Numbered from the whole stretch's first letter, positions 24,781-38,195 are shown. The stretch: DNA of 63,785 nt, filler included, from Octopus bimaculoides (GCF_001194135.2; 5 parts of 5 records of this genome joined end to end with filler, not necessarily neighbours in it), one strand, 5' to 3'. The notes: a model not told the origin generated them from the sequence alone. Translations and numbers: made by a program.

Positions 24781-25478
24781 ATTATTCAGTTTTATTTCAA
24801 GATTTCTTGCCAATAGAAAAAGAGCCGGTTTCTAACCTAGATCCAAGGTTCCCTCATTGGAATTTCAACAACATCAACAGGGTATTTTTCCATGTATGTA
24901 TGTTATCAATCAGTTTCATTTCTGTATTTCTTGTCCATAGAGAAAGAGCCGGATTCTAACATAGATTCAAGGCTCCTTCATTGGAACTTTTATCAACATC
25001 ATCTAGGTATTTGTGCATATGTGTGTGTGTGCAGTATTTGGTGTTAGTGAATGCGCAGATTTGTATGTTTGTTTTATGGATGCGTTTTTATGTCTAGATG
25101 CATGCATATGNNNNNNNNNNNNNNNNNNNNNNNNNNNNNNNNNNNNNNNNNNNNNNNNNNNNNNNNNNNNNNNNNNNNNNNNNNNNNNNNNNNNNNNNNN
25201 NNNNNNNNNNNNNNNNNNNNNNNNNNNNNNNNNNNNNNNNNNNNNNNNCTAATCAGCCTTTTTCTTTCAGGTTTTGAGAACCCTAATTTTTCCAGGTTTT
25301 TGTTGAGGCAGTTTGTTACATATGCCAATGCCCCAACAATCACGGGTATGAATCTGAACTTGTAGTCTGGGTGGAGTATCTGCAAATTTCTCAGTAGCTC
25401 GGCGTAGTTGTTCTCTTTTTCTCTAATCTTTAGTGGGATGTTGACATCCGCAGGACAGCTGATTTCTACGTATGATTT
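24781..25478 (-). mobile_element. R4/Dong-like family 2: two tandem 3' ends in a (TATG)n tract
   Basis: Minus strand reads VEISCPADVN..ENNYAELLRNLQILHPDYKFRFIPVIVGAL..LEKLGFSKPERKRLI. The 3'UTR is present twice (24781-24890, 24904-25010), separated by TATGTATG. (TATG)n lies at 24763-24778 and 25480-25570. Confidence 0.88.
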
Positions 25479-26354
25479 CTATGTATGTATGTATGTATGT
25501 ATGTATGTATGTATGTATGTATGTATGCATGCATGTATGTATGTATTATGTATGTATGTATTATGTATGTACGCATGCATACATGAGTGTGTGACTATGT
25601 TGTAGTAATGTACGAATAAACACTGTTTGTCTGAACATTATAGTCCTCAGTTAGAGTGAAGAATGATATATCTGGAAACATAAATATGGTTTTATCGTTG
25701 GTTTTTCACAGATTTGCTTAATCAGAGTCGATTCTGGCAATGTAAATGGATCGCCGTCAGTTACGATGGTGAGTACTCCAGTTGTTCGTTCAACCGACCT
25801 TTACTCCTTCAATAAATCAGCGTCCAAGTTGCTGAGTATTCCACAGTTAATAGAACCTGTAAGGTTCTCCTCATGTAGAATCAGCGTGGTACAGTGCATG
25901 ACAAGGTTGGATATTTGAATTACAGACACAAGACAATCATTAAGCTTCAGTACAGTTTCCGTCTATTCAACTTCACTCACAAGGCTTGATCTTTACCCCA
26001 CTCATACCACAGCATTAGACAGTTGCCCAAGATAAGACGCAATGGGATCGGTCCCCGAAAGGTCATGATTTCGAAATGAACTTCTTGACCATTCGGACAT
26101 GCCTTCATCCATCGCTCAGAAACGAAATAACGACTGACCGAGGAGGACTTCAATGTGGTCGCTCTCCCTGCAAAAACTAGCTGTTAATTCTCCCTCAAAC
26201 TGCGTGAGACCGCACTTGGTCTTCTGATAAACTTCCAATTTTAAAGTGATCTAAATTAAAAACTTCTCATCAAGATTTCATGTAAATTTATGTTCCAAAC
26301 ACCAAGTTAATAATTACAATTATTTTATTAAATTCTTTATCATTTTTAAAATTA

Positions 26355-26634
26355 CCGTTTTTGCCGGCGTTAAAGACGCTCTTTTTTCTATTTTTATTAT
26401 TTAAAAAAAATAAAATACTCCTTTAACGTGGTGTAAATATGATGAATTTATGGATTGACACTTTAGAACACTATCACAAAACTGTATTTACATGCACAGA
26501 ATCATACATTTTCGTCTTACAAAATGACCTTCTAATGTCTGTCAATAAGTATATTATGAAAACATACTGATTTTGTTTTTTCACAAAGTATACGTGCAAA
26601 ATAGCGGGTGCGTCTTATACGCCGGCAAATGCAG
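26355..26634. mobile_element. pogo/Tigger-like MITE with TA target duplication
   Basis: TA|CCGTTTTTGCCGGCGTTAAAGACGC ... GCGTCTTATACGCCGGCAAATGCAG|TA. Confidence 0.85.
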
Positions 26635-27527
26635 TAACTGCAACAATGGCAACATATTTTTAAAAAATAAGGTAACAAAGGAAGTACATAAACACTCTTC
26701 TATATTTCTGAGATGAGGAATTTATGTATTATACATTGGTCGTTGTGGTTTCCTCATTTTAATTGTTGCTTTCACTACGTTTCGGCTGTGTACCCTCCAG
26801 CCTTTCTTCAGGTGTTTTGTGATTCACCTTGCCGGTATTGAACTCAGAACGTCTAGGTGATTGCTCTGCATTTCAGAGCCTCTATCTGCTACGCTATGTA
26901 CGTAGGCAGTGTCAGATTGAATTTTTAAGGCTTATAAAGGCTTCGGCTAATACATAGTGTATATACATTCTGGTCTTAGGTTCACTTCCTGGAAAACCAG
27001 GAAGAAAACCCCGAAAGATGGAAAAAAACATAACGGGTATGCTTTTTTGCTCAAACCTGGGGTTAAACACCACTACCATGATTCACTTCTTTATTATGAT
27101 GCAGTAGATGTATGATAGCTGTCAATGACTGAATAAGACCTGTTCATTTCTATCTGCCGTTGGTTGGTCTTCCATACTTTCAGACATAGAATCGCGAGAA
27201 ATGAGACATGAATCATTTATCAGAATATAACTCGAACCGTAACTTCGAACTTCCAAATTATTGATTTATCTTTACATAGAAAGAAGTCATTAACTTAACA
27301 ATCCAACTTTTTATTCCTATTTTCTAGTTTCCTTTAATTTGTTTACATATTCGTCAATTTATTTACTCCTCTGACAGTCTATGGTTTATTTATTTATTCA
27401 TTTATTCTTTTATTGGTTTTTCTCTCATGGTGCCTGAGTGATACGAAGATCCGGAAGACATTCTTGCCATTCATTGAATCTGATATTCTGTGCTGGAAGC
27501 CACCTTACTAAGCAAAAATAAATAAAT

Positions 27528-27596
<69 letters not shown>

Positions 27597-28549
27597 NNNN
27601 NNNNNNNNNNNNNNNNNNNNNNNNNNNNNNNNNNNNNNNNNNNNNNNNNNNNNNNNNNNNNNNNNNNNNNNNNNNNNNNNNNNNNNNNNNNNNNNNNNNN
27701 NNNNNNNNNNNNNNNNNNNNNNNNNNNNNNNNNNNNNNNNNNNNNNNNNNNNNNNNNNNNNNNNNNNNNNNNNNNNNNNNNNNNNNNNNNNNNNNNNNNN
27801 NNNNNNNNNNNNNNNNNNNNNNNNNNNNNNNNNNNNNNNNNNNNNNNNNNNNNNNNNNNNNNNNNNNNNNNNNNNNNNNNNNNNNNNNNNNNNNNNNNNN
27901 NNNNNNNNNNNNNNNNNNNNNNNNNNNNNNNNNNNNNNNNNNNNNNNNNNNNNNNNNNNNNNNNNNNNNNNNNNNNNNNNNNNNNNNNNNNNNNNNNNNN
28001 NNNNNNNNNNNNNNNNNNNNNNNNNNNNNNNNNNNNNNNNNNNNNNNNNNNNNNNNNNNNNNNNNNNNNNNNNNNNNNNNNNNNNNNNNNNNNNNNNNNN
28101 NNNNNNNNNNNNNNNNNNNNNNNNNNNNNNNNNNNNNNNNNNNNNNNNNNNNNNNNNNNNNNNNNNNNNNNNNNNNNNNNNNNNNNNNNNNNNATATATA
28201 TATATATACACACACATATATATATATATATATAAATATATACATGCATACATACATGCATGCATACATGCATACATACATGCATGCATACATGCATACA
28301 TACATATATACAAGCATACACAAAGAGAGAGAGAGAGACATTTAAATATATGTAGGCATACACACATGCACACATATGCACATATACAAATATATGCACA
28401 TACACATATATACATGCACATACTTGTACAACGGAGTGAGTTAAAAACGTAATACAATATATTAAAACATTAAAGATATCAGCAATCAGAAATAAATGCA
28501 TATAAATTATATACACACATACATACATGCATACATAGATAATACAAAC

Positions 28550-28642
<93 letters not shown>

Positions 28643-28694
28643 CCATCTTCCGTCTTTCATTTGCCATATATATAAGAATATATATATATATATA

Positions 28695-29015
28695 TGGTTC
28701 CGGGTTCAGTCTCCCTGCGTGGCACCTTGGGCAAGTGTCTTCTACTATAGCCTTGGGCCGACCAAAGCCTTGTGAGTGGATTTGGTAGACGGAAACTGAA
28801 AGAAGCCCGTCATATATATATGTGTATATATATGTGTGTCTGTGATTGTTCTCCCACCATTGCTTGACAACCGATGTTGGCGTATTTACGCCCCCATAAC
28901 TTAGCAGTTCGGCAAAAGAGACCGATAGAATAAGTATTAGGCTTACAAAGAATAAGTCCTGGGATCGATTTGTTCGACTAAAGTCGCTGCTCCAGCATGA
29001 CCGCAGTCAAATGAC
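28695..29015 (+). mobile_element. SINE family B (CORE-type, internal AT/GT microsatellite, 3' tail)
   Basis: GGTTCAGT..GTGGCACCTTGGGCAAGTGTCTTC..GGAAACTGAAAGAAGCCC plus tail. Confidence 0.88.
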
Positions 29016-30104
29016 AGTTTTTGGTAGCACAAAGGTATGTAAATTATCTCCTTGCCCATTCCTCATTGAATTCTTTAAGCAAGGGAGGCACTATTTTTTG
29101 TGACACATTTCTCACTGTTTTTTCTTCCGTCGAGCTTACGAACTCTACAGTTCGCAACACTAGGAAAAGTATTGTTGTTGCATTTGTTATTAAAGCTATT
29201 ACTTTAGCGAATTGGTAGAATCAAAAGAGCACCAGACAGAAGGTCTTGCGTTATTCATTCCTACTGTCTCTTCTTTAAGGTCAACTATGCCTTTCAGCGT
29301 TTCGAAGTCGATTAATAAAGTACTAATCCAGTGATGAGATTGAATCGTATTACTTTTTCTATTCCTTTCTGGATTTTATCCGTGATTTAAAGTTCTAGAC
29401 CTGTCATATTTAGCCAAACTGATTCGGCCCGGGAATTATATCAAGAGTATACATGTCTGTAGAATACTCAGCCCTTTACACGTAAATTTCACGAGTAAGG
29501 ACAAACATAACTGAATATTGAGTCGGCCAATCATAACAATGCTAATCAACGGGACCAAATGATACTCAAATATTAAAGTTATTAATACTATCGCTATTAT
29601 TTTGATTCGCCATTGCTAAAGTATAAATGCCTGCATTCATAAATGTGTCTGTTCAAATTCCTTTTGTCTTTTAAAAACAGTGTTTTTGTTCAAAAAAATT
29701 TCTTTAGAAGTGTATTCGTTGCTCACACATTTGTGGTTGACACCTCTTTCAATTCCTCAAGAAGGACTTTTATTGCATCAATAGTAACTAGAAAAAAGGG
29801 TGTTGCAGAATTACAAATAAATATATGAAAACGAACTTTATTTCTTAACTTGGGGTAACGAAGCAGAAACTCAAACGTTCCGAAATTCTTTATTAATAAA
29901 ACAAAAGAGAAATTACCCCATTTCATCAAGTAAACCACAATAAATCCAATTTCCTTTAAAGCTCTGTTACAGATGTCCGCTTGGAATAAACAGCAAGAAC
30001 GACAACAAAACAATAGTAGTAACAACAACAACAATAATAATGGTTTCAAATTTTGCCTCAAGGACGGCAATTTTAAGGGAAGGGATAAGTTGATATAATC
30101 GACT

Positions 30105-30310
30105 TATAATAAGCCTTTCTGCAATAGGCACAAAGCCTAAAATTTTTATGGGCGGGAGCCAGTCGATTACATCGACTTCAGTGCTCAAGTGATACTTATT
30201 TTATCGACCCTGAGAGGATGAAAAACAAAAGCGACCTCGGCGGAAATTGAACTCAAAACATAAAGACGGGTTAAATGCCGCTAAGCATTTTTTTGGCGTG
30301 CTAAGCTCAC
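30105..30310 (-). mobile_element. SINE family A
   Basis: Reverse complement of 12429-12650. Further copies lie at about 14750, 15725, 18063, 33375, 44360, 57012, 58655 and 59520. Confidence 0.85.
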
Positions 30311-30472
30311 ACCTTAGTAGTAGTAGTAGTAGTAGTAGTGCCACGATACTTAACATCTAAGTACGTGGATGGAGACCCTGAGAGACTGTATGAGATCTTT
30401 GATGCTACTGTCCGCTCTCACAGAATTAATCGAAGCAATAAAATCGAGAGATCTGGGAAGTTAAATTTAATG

Positions 30473-30521
<49 letters not shown>

Positions 30522-30535
30522 CAACAACAACAACA

Positions 30536-30722
30536 ACAAGAGCACTCAGAGCGCAAACCTCCGCCAAGGCAACACCAACGTCCTCTCAACGATTAGCCGA
30601 TACAATGGTCCAAATCCATCCAGCGGTTCTTGAGATATCTTGTCCACGGACAAATAAACAAACAAACAAATAGGACTGAAAACAATACCCCCGCCTTCGC
30701 CAAGGTGGAGCTAATAATAATG
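30536..30722 (-). mobile_element. HINE-like element inside an (AAT)/(AAC) microsatellite
   Basis: Minus strand starts with the stem-loop CTCCACCTTGGCGAAGGCGGGG, then (GTTT)n, and ends CCTTGGCGGAGGTTTGCGCTCTGAGTGCTCTTGTT. Confidence 0.7.
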
Positions 30723-30739
30723 ATAATAATAATAATAAG

Positions 30740-30930
30740 CTTGCTTACGGACCAGATGGTCCCGGGTTCAGTCCCACTGCGTGGCACCTTGGGCAAGTGT
30801 CTTCTAATATAGCTTCGGGCCAACCAAAGCCTTGTGAGTGGATTTGGTGGACGGAAACTGANNNNNNNNNNCCAAAGCCTTGTGAGTGGATTTGGTGGAC
30901 GGAAACTGAAAGAAACCCGTCGTATATATC

Positions 30931-30967
<37 letters not shown>

Positions 30968-31180
30968 ATGCGTGTGTTTGTGTTTGTCCACCTAGCATTG
31001 CTTGACAACCGATGCTGGTGTGTTTGTGTCCCCGTCACTTAGCGGTTCGGCAAAAGAGACCGATAGAATAAGTACTAGGCTTACAAAGAATAAGACCCGG
31101 GGTCGATTTGCTCGACTAAAGGTGGTGCTCCAGCATGGCCGCAGTCAAATGACTGAAACAAGTAAAAGAGTAAAAGAGTA
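30740..31180 (+). mobile_element. SINE family B, near full length
   Basis: Head, CORE-like region, microsatellite and tail are all present. The duplication across the 10-N gap at 30862 is an assembly overlap. Confidence 0.9.
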
Positions 31181-31399
31181 ATAATAATAGTAACAACAAT
31201 AATAATAACAACAACAACAATAATGATAATTTATTTTAGAGTTTTCTTCAAATCTAAAAGAGCATTTACGCAGGGGTTACAAAAGTGTTTGAGTTGCATA
31301 AGATAAAGCTACATAAAATCGGAGGAAGTAAGGTGTTATGCAATATATAAGTTAAAAATCCATTAAAAAAAATCATACATTAATTACATACATAAGTAA

Positions 31400-32470
31400 A
31401 CCAGTAGAAAACAATATTAAATTGATATTTGCAACTCGTCCACAAATGGTTGAAACTCCTTCACCTAGGTTGGACTAGAGTGCCTCACCACGCCGTATTT
31501 ATGTCACTTTTTGTACTCCACTCAAGTTAACTAAAGAAAAAAACATCGGGTACAGCTGTTTTCTAATTTTTGTTACATGCTAATGAGCACTTTACTAACG
31601 ATATGTTTAGCACATCTTTATATGTCTCCTTTTCTGAGATTAATCTGCCATAAAACTTGTAATTCAGTGGAAATATTGTCCCTTTCCTCTACGATATCCA
31701 ATTGCACGATATCGTCCCACGGAGGAGAATTTCTTGTTAATTTTTGTTGATATTTACTTGTATTTTAAGATTCTTAAAACTCTTTTTGCCCTCCGCGCTT
31801 CTTTGAGAGATTGGAAGTCTTGTTCAATTTCCGTATTTTTCCCACTTATCATAACATGCTGATGCGGCGCTTATATTTATGGCTTAGTGATGGGCTACCT
31901 AGTTGGTGAATTTCATAACTAGGCACACTGACTTCTTCCAGAACCGTAACCCATGGACTCGACACTGGGGATACGCATCTGGTACTGCTATTTGTGGTCT
32001 CTGCTTCTCTCCACTACTTGCCCTTTTTATTTTTTAACTCTCAGGGTAACCTTCCTTCCACAAACGGAGCAGCTAGAATTTTTGTCCTGAACAATGAATA
32101 TCACACAACTTTGTATCTGCGCTCGCAGGTAGCTCCGGAATGGCCCAATGGTTTTCATAGGACATATGAGTCTATTCTGGTTCCTCATGAGACCATATCG
32201 CCTTGCAGCAACTATGCAATGATCACCCACCCACCCTTACTAGAGTACGAAGATAACAATGATTTGGGGTTCAGCATTATTGCTGACACCCATCTTATAT
32301 TTTCTCCTCCGCTTGCATGTGCTGTGACCTAAAAATCTGTGTCAAGAGATATATTTGTTTGGAAATATTATATTTTTGAAGTAAATATGGTTGGTATGTT
32401 CTGGTATCTTGTTTAAATGTCTTTTGTTTCTCAATTTTCTCCACGTTAACATTGAGGACAAGTGGTATTT
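31400..32470 (-). mobile_element. Degraded L1/Tx1-like ORF2 post-RT remnant
   Basis: Minus frames give NVEKIEKQ..YNISKQIYLLTQIF and PKSLLSSYSSKGGW (KGGLG-like motif). Many stops and frameshifts. Confidence 0.4.
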
Positions 32471-33581
32471 CCTGCTTTGGTTAGTATACTTAAATGTCTG
32501 ATGACAGAAAAAAAAGGGGGGGGGGATATGTTTGGCAAATTAGTCTTGTTTCTCCAAACGGAGAAAACATGCAAGAAATAAAATCTTTTATTCTTTTATG
32601 AAAACAGACCGCATAAAAAATTTATTGACTTTAAAAGATAATCTGATGAATTTTGAAAGCAGATGTGGTAATAAAAACACGTCTAACAAGTTCAGAATAT
32701 AACAATGGTGGTGATGATGACGACGACACAATGATGATGATGATGAGGAGGAGGAGGAGGAAGACGACGACGAGGAGGGGGAGGAGGAGGAGGAGGAGGC
32801 AGCGGCTAATGATGATGACAATGATAACGATGATGAGAAAGCGAAAGCGAATCACACAATCACTATCTCCTCGAATAAAATGTCATGCGTTATTTGGTTA
32901 GGGTTTTTTTTTTTTACATTTCTTATTCCAAATCCCAGCGGAGTAAATATTTTGCATTTCATCCTGTCACTCTTATCGACTGTATACCATATCTCAAAAT
33001 ATGTGTTCAATACCTAAATTAGAAAACATTATTAAATTTTTTAATTAATGAAATAATAAAAACCAGAAAGTATAATATTAAAAGAAAAATAATCTGATAT
33101 TTCGGCATGAAAAATGAAAATACCGTTGACAAAATTGGAATAAAAAGAAAACACATTTTTCGTTTTTTTTTGAAAACAAAAAAGGCATATTCATACTGAA
33201 ATATCACATTACATTCTTTAAAAACAAACTGTACCGTTTGGTATTTTTCATTCCATTCGTTTAAATTTATAACAATATTTCTATAATACGTTTTATACAC
33301 ATTTTTCCCCCATCAATTTTTGATGTTTTCCATTGTATTTCGCCTTTGTACGTTTTGGGTCCTCGTGGAAGATAACGGACGTTAGAATCGTTAGGACGCT
33401 GGGCAAAATGTTTCGTGGCATTTCGTCCGTCTTTACATTCTGAGTTCAAATTCCGCTGTGGTCGACTTCGCTTTTCATCCTTTCGGGATCGATAAATTAA
33501 GTACTAGTTGAGTACTGGGGTCGATGTAACCAACTTACTCCCTCCCCTGAAATTGGTGACCATGTATCAAAATTTGAAATC

Positions 33582-33652
<71 letters not shown>

Positions 33653-33653
<1 letters not shown>

Positions 33654-35775
33654 TTCATATACACACAATAAATTAGACTGTTGGAAAAGAAAAAAATCCT
33701 AACATCGGGCTCTAACAATAAACCTTAGAAGCCAAGAACCCTCCTAAGTATTCTAGCTGGCCCTATTATTTTCTGGAGCGGTACTAAACTGGATTTTATA
33801 CCTATTTCCTCTATCCATCTGTTCAGATTTTTAGGGATAGCTCTCAGTGCACCTATAACTACTGTGATACATTTCACCCGCACTTTCCATAGCCTCTGTA
33901 ATTCAATGGCTAGGTCCTGGTACTTTGCCATTTTTTCTATATCTCTCACATTGATTTTTTCATCATTTGAAACTTTAAAGTCAATTATCTGGCACTTTCT
34001 ATTCTTTTTATCTACTACAACCAAATCAGGCCTTCTAGCTTCTATTACTATGTCAGTCTGAATGTTAAAGTTCTACAACATCATGTACTTCTTACTTTCT
34101 AGTATTTTACAAGGTTCATGTTCATACCATTTATTAGTATGTTCAAATCCTAGCTTTCTACGTAACTCCAAGTGGATTAGTCTCCCTAGGTTGTCATGTC
34201 TTTTCTTGTATTGTTTCTGTGCCAGCATGTTACAATCACTTACTATATGAATAACGCTTTCCTCTTTTGATTTGCATAACCTACATTTGGAATCTACTTG
34301 GTTTTTGTCTATTTTGGCTTTTATTTAATTAGACCTTAATGCTTGATCTTGTGCAACTACTAACAAACTTTCTGTCTCCCTTTTCAGCTCCCCTTTCTGC
34401 AGCCATAGCCATGTCTCACCACTACTTTTTGCTGCAATAATCTTTGAAAATCTACCATACAATGCCTTCTCCCGCCAGTCAGATAATTTCTGTTCTTTTG
34501 CTGATTTTTAACTTCGTTTGGGTCTTGGTTCTCCTATGTCTTGCTGTAATTCTAGGAGCTTTTAATAAACGCTCTTCACTATTACTTACATAGGAGTCTA
34601 TATCTACTCTAGCTAACTCCACGCAGTCTTCTACTCATAGAAAACCTCTTCTGCCTTCCTTTCTAGGTAAGTATAATCCTGCTACTCCTGCCCTTGGGTG
34701 GAGTCTTCTATTCATATTGAATTCCTTCCTAGTTCTTCTGCCTAGCTTTGCTAATTCAGTTTTTGTCCAATCTACAAAAGCTGCCGAGTATCTAAGCAAT
34801 GATGCTGCCCAAGTATTTACAGCCTTCACTAGATTCGGACCATTTAGCTTTGACTTCTTTAGCTTCCTCACCCTTCTAGTGTACTCCTTCTCAATTTTCG
34901 TTTTCATTTCTGCAGTTAGTACTCTATCAGATTCCAATACTCCTAGATGCTTATAACTCTCTCCTCCTTTCAACGATTTTAATGTCTTATATTGTACACT
35001 TATCTATGCCAAATTCCGTGCCTATATCTTTGCTGATGAGTCTTACAGCCTGTATTAAGGAATCTATCTCTTTTCCATTCTTCTAAAAAGCTTCAGATCA
35101 TCCATGTAGAGCAAATGCTTAATTTTTCCATTACCCTTTCTGAACTGATACCCTGCCTTTGCCTTCCTTGATATTAAACTGAAGAGGATCAAACATAACA
35201 CAAATATTAAAATTCCTCTTTTGATATTAATTTTCTCTTAGAGTGTGTCACCTGAGAATAGATCTACTTTCCATTTCTTCATGCTAAAACTAATTAATTC
35301 CCTTATGTTGTCTGCTATACTGGATATACTCAAGCATTCACTTATCAGAGAGAATCGTGTCATACGCTTACCTATAATCTCTCCAAGCTATTGTTAGATC
35401 TTTCTTTCTAGCTTTTACTTCATTTAGAATTGCTTTATCTATGTATAATAGATCATGCGTTCCTCTAGCCTTCTTCCTGCAACCTTTCTGTTCTTCTGGT
35501 TGTCAAGGTGCTCGTAAATGCTTTCTGAAAGCATTCCTGTTAGCAGCTTCCACACTAATGGTAAGCAAGTGATTGGTCTATAGTTGCTAGCTGTATTACC
35601 CTTGCTCTTATCTTTGATAATTACTGTCCTCCCTCTAGTCATCCAATCTGGTATTATTCCTCCATTAAGGCAACCCTGAAGTTATTCCCTCAGCCTCCCC
35701 TGTAAACTACTAAATTTCTTTAGCCACAACCTTGAACTAAATCTGGTCCTGGGCCCTTCCAATTCGGCATTTCAT
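33653..35775 (-). mobile_element. R4/Dong-like retrotransposon, 5'-truncated (RT plus CCHC plus RLE), pseudogenised, flanked by (TTA)n
   Basis: Reads WKGPGPD, GRTVIIKDK..SNYRPITCL, LYMDDLKLF (35097-35108), YKHLG, RLHPRAGVAGLYLPRKEGRRG, CRLCKSKEESVIHIVSDC, KPDLVVVDKK..IIDF, KYQDL, ARILRRVLGF*. The QGD motif is deleted. (TTA)n lies at 33583-33652 and TTA/TTG at 35776-35808. Confidence 0.95.
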
Positions 35776-35888
35776 TATTATTATTGTTGTTGTTGTTGTT
35801 GTTGTTATTGCCTTTGCACAGCTTCTAACGCTGGAGATTACTACGGTGTCAGCTGTTCACTACCAGTGAACTAAGGTAACACCTCTTA

Positions 35889-35932
<44 letters not shown>

Positions 35933-36449
35933 CATGCATATGTGCATGTATATGTATACGTGTACACTAATGTTCTATGTAGAAAGTACCTGTAAGTCTG
36001 CTCATTTTAGTTTAACCGGAGAATATTATAGTTTGAAATTTTCTTAAAGTTACAGGTAATCTTCCACTTAACTCAAGGGTTCTCAACCATTTTATTTTTA
36101 CCTATAGACCCCTTTGATTACTATTTTATTCTGGTGGACTGCCTGGCAATTCGATGCTTAATAACTACTCTTATATGTACGTATTTCAAAATTCCATTCT
36201 TGTTTATCACACATTAACTTTTCTAGGTTGAACTATGCAAAATGTTAGAGAAAGAAACCTTACCGTTTCTTACAATACACACCAATACATACATCAAAAG
36301 CGCCCCTTAAATACTACTGTGGACCCCCAATTTACTATTTTGTTATATGGTTTCCCCCAAAATCTGATATGAACCCTCAGGGGGCATATTGTTCTCCGTT
36401 GGGAATCACTTCCTTAGCTATTTTCTTTAGTTCTTTGCGCCTGAAAAGC

Positions 36450-36679
36450 ACTCTAGTAATGCACTTTATTCGTTCTTATCTTTACAAAGCTCCGATCACA
36501 GTGAGAATCACTACTCGTATAGTCATGCTCTACTTTTTTCCCTCCACTTCAATCAGTAAATCTTTGTATTTGAGGTGATTCCATTTTCCCATTTTCCCAT
36601 TTTCCTGATGATGGATATATGCTTTCCGAACGAGAGACATGGCATATCAATCATACTCCACTGGTGCATTTAGTACTTT

Positions 36680-36680
<1 letters not shown>
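36450..36680 (-). mobile_element. Degraded R4/Dong-like RLE remnant
   Basis: Minus strand reads KYKDLLIEVE..IRVVILTVIGAL. Confidence 0.6.
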
Positions 36681-36744
<64 letters not shown>

Positions 36745-36834
36745 CGTGAGGGTGTATGCCTTTAATGATTGTAGCCGAGGCGATCTTATCTCTTCCTGTT
36801 AATGTGTGCTAACATATCCCACATAATTGCTACT

Positions 36835-37140
36835 CAATCATTATCATCACCATCATTATTATCACTATTATCATCATCGTCAACATCGTTCTCATTCTCA
36901 TCATCATCATATCATCATCGTCAACATCCTCATCATCTTCGTCATCCTCACCATCATCGTCATCATCATCATCATCATCGTCATGGTCATCATTCATCAT
37001 GATCAGCCTTATCATCGTGTATCATCATTTTTACCACCGCCGCCGCCGCTACTACCACCATCATCACCGCCACTATCATTATCATCATCATCATCATAAC
37101 CGCCACCACCACCACCACCACCATCATCATCATTATCCAC
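36835..37140. repeat. (TCA)n/(CCA)n trinucleotide low-complexity tract
   Basis: Read directly. Confidence 0.9.
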
Positions 37141-37451
37141 TCTTCAGTTTCATCTCTTCATCATCACCAGCAGCATTATGAGTTATTGTATTGTAAGTGA
37201 TGTATTGACCGAATATTTAAAAATCTTCGCAACAAAATGCCTTGCAATATTTAGTTACAGCTCTTTAATGTAGGAGTTCGTATCCTGCCCCAGAGTCAAC
37301 TTTGCCTTTTATTCTTCTAGGGTCGATAAACTAAAGTACCAGCTACGTACGGGTTCGATATAATTGATTAAACCTTCCTCCATATTTCAGTCCTTGTACT
37401 TGAGTTAGAAATAGCTAAGAGTTGTAGTATTCCCCAGTATTACATGTATCT

Positions 37452-37755
37452 GTAGGGTATTCAGCTCATGATCGTAAAATCGTGAGTTCAATTCTCGATG
37501 ACGCGTTGTTTCCTTGTGCAAGACACTTTACTTCACGTTGCTCCAGTCCAGTTAGCTAGCAAAAATGAGTAGTACCTGTATTTTAAAGGGCCAGTCTTGC
37601 CACATTCTGTGTCACGCTGAATCTCCCTGAGAACTACGTCAAGAGTACACGTATCTGTGAAGTGCTTAGCCACTTGCGCGTTTATTCCACGAGCAGGCTG
37701 TTCCGTTGATCGTATCAACTGGAACCCTCGTCGTCGCAACCGACGGAATGCCAGT
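37452..37755 (+). mobile_element. tRNA-derived SINE, CORE-like body plus tail E (second copy at about 38445-38748)
   Basis: GTGAGTTCAATTC B-box-like motif, CAAGACACTTTACTTCACGTTGCTCCAGTCC, then GTACCTGTATTTTAAAGGG tail. Confidence 0.82.
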
Positions 37756-37858
37756 GTTTATGCATCTACAGTTAACAGTAAGTTCCTTTGATTTAAATTT
37801 CAAACTTCCACACCCGCCTCGACTTAGTTGAAGCTAGAAGGGATTGTTTACCTTATGA

Positions 37859-38195
37859 TATTAGGTCATCAAGTGTGAAATTTGTTGAAAAGAAAAAAAA
37901 AGTTTGCCAACGCTTTATAAATACAAGAAATAGTTTTATTCATCAAAGTATGCACCCATATTGTCAATACACTTTTATCATTTCAGCAGTAGCTTGTCCA
38001 GGCCGGAACTGTAAATGCCTGGCAATCTACAGTCAGTAAAATCTTGGAAGACCTATTTAACAGCATCGTCGGAATTAAATTTTTTTCCTGTCAAAACGTT
38101 ATCCAAATTCTGGAAGAAGTAATAATCAGTGGGGACAAGATAAGGTGAGTATGGTGGATGATGGAGAACTTCCAACTCCAAATCCTTCAGTTTCG
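37859..38195 (-). mobile_element. mariner transposase C-terminal remnant with terminal repeat
   Basis: Minus strand reads LEVLHHPPYSPYLVPTDYYFFQNLDN..KCIDNMGAYFDE* (mariner YSPDLAP(S/T)D motif). A TA|TTAGGTC end lies at 37859. Confidence 0.88.

Noticed and set aside
30832-30909. Apparent tandem duplication inside a SINE (a similar one at 16287-16525)
   Set aside because: Identical sequence on both sides of a 10-N gap indicates unmerged contig overlap.
31994-32332. 112-aa plus-strand ORF as a host exon
   Set aside because: It is antisense to the L1-like remnant and has no recognisable domain.
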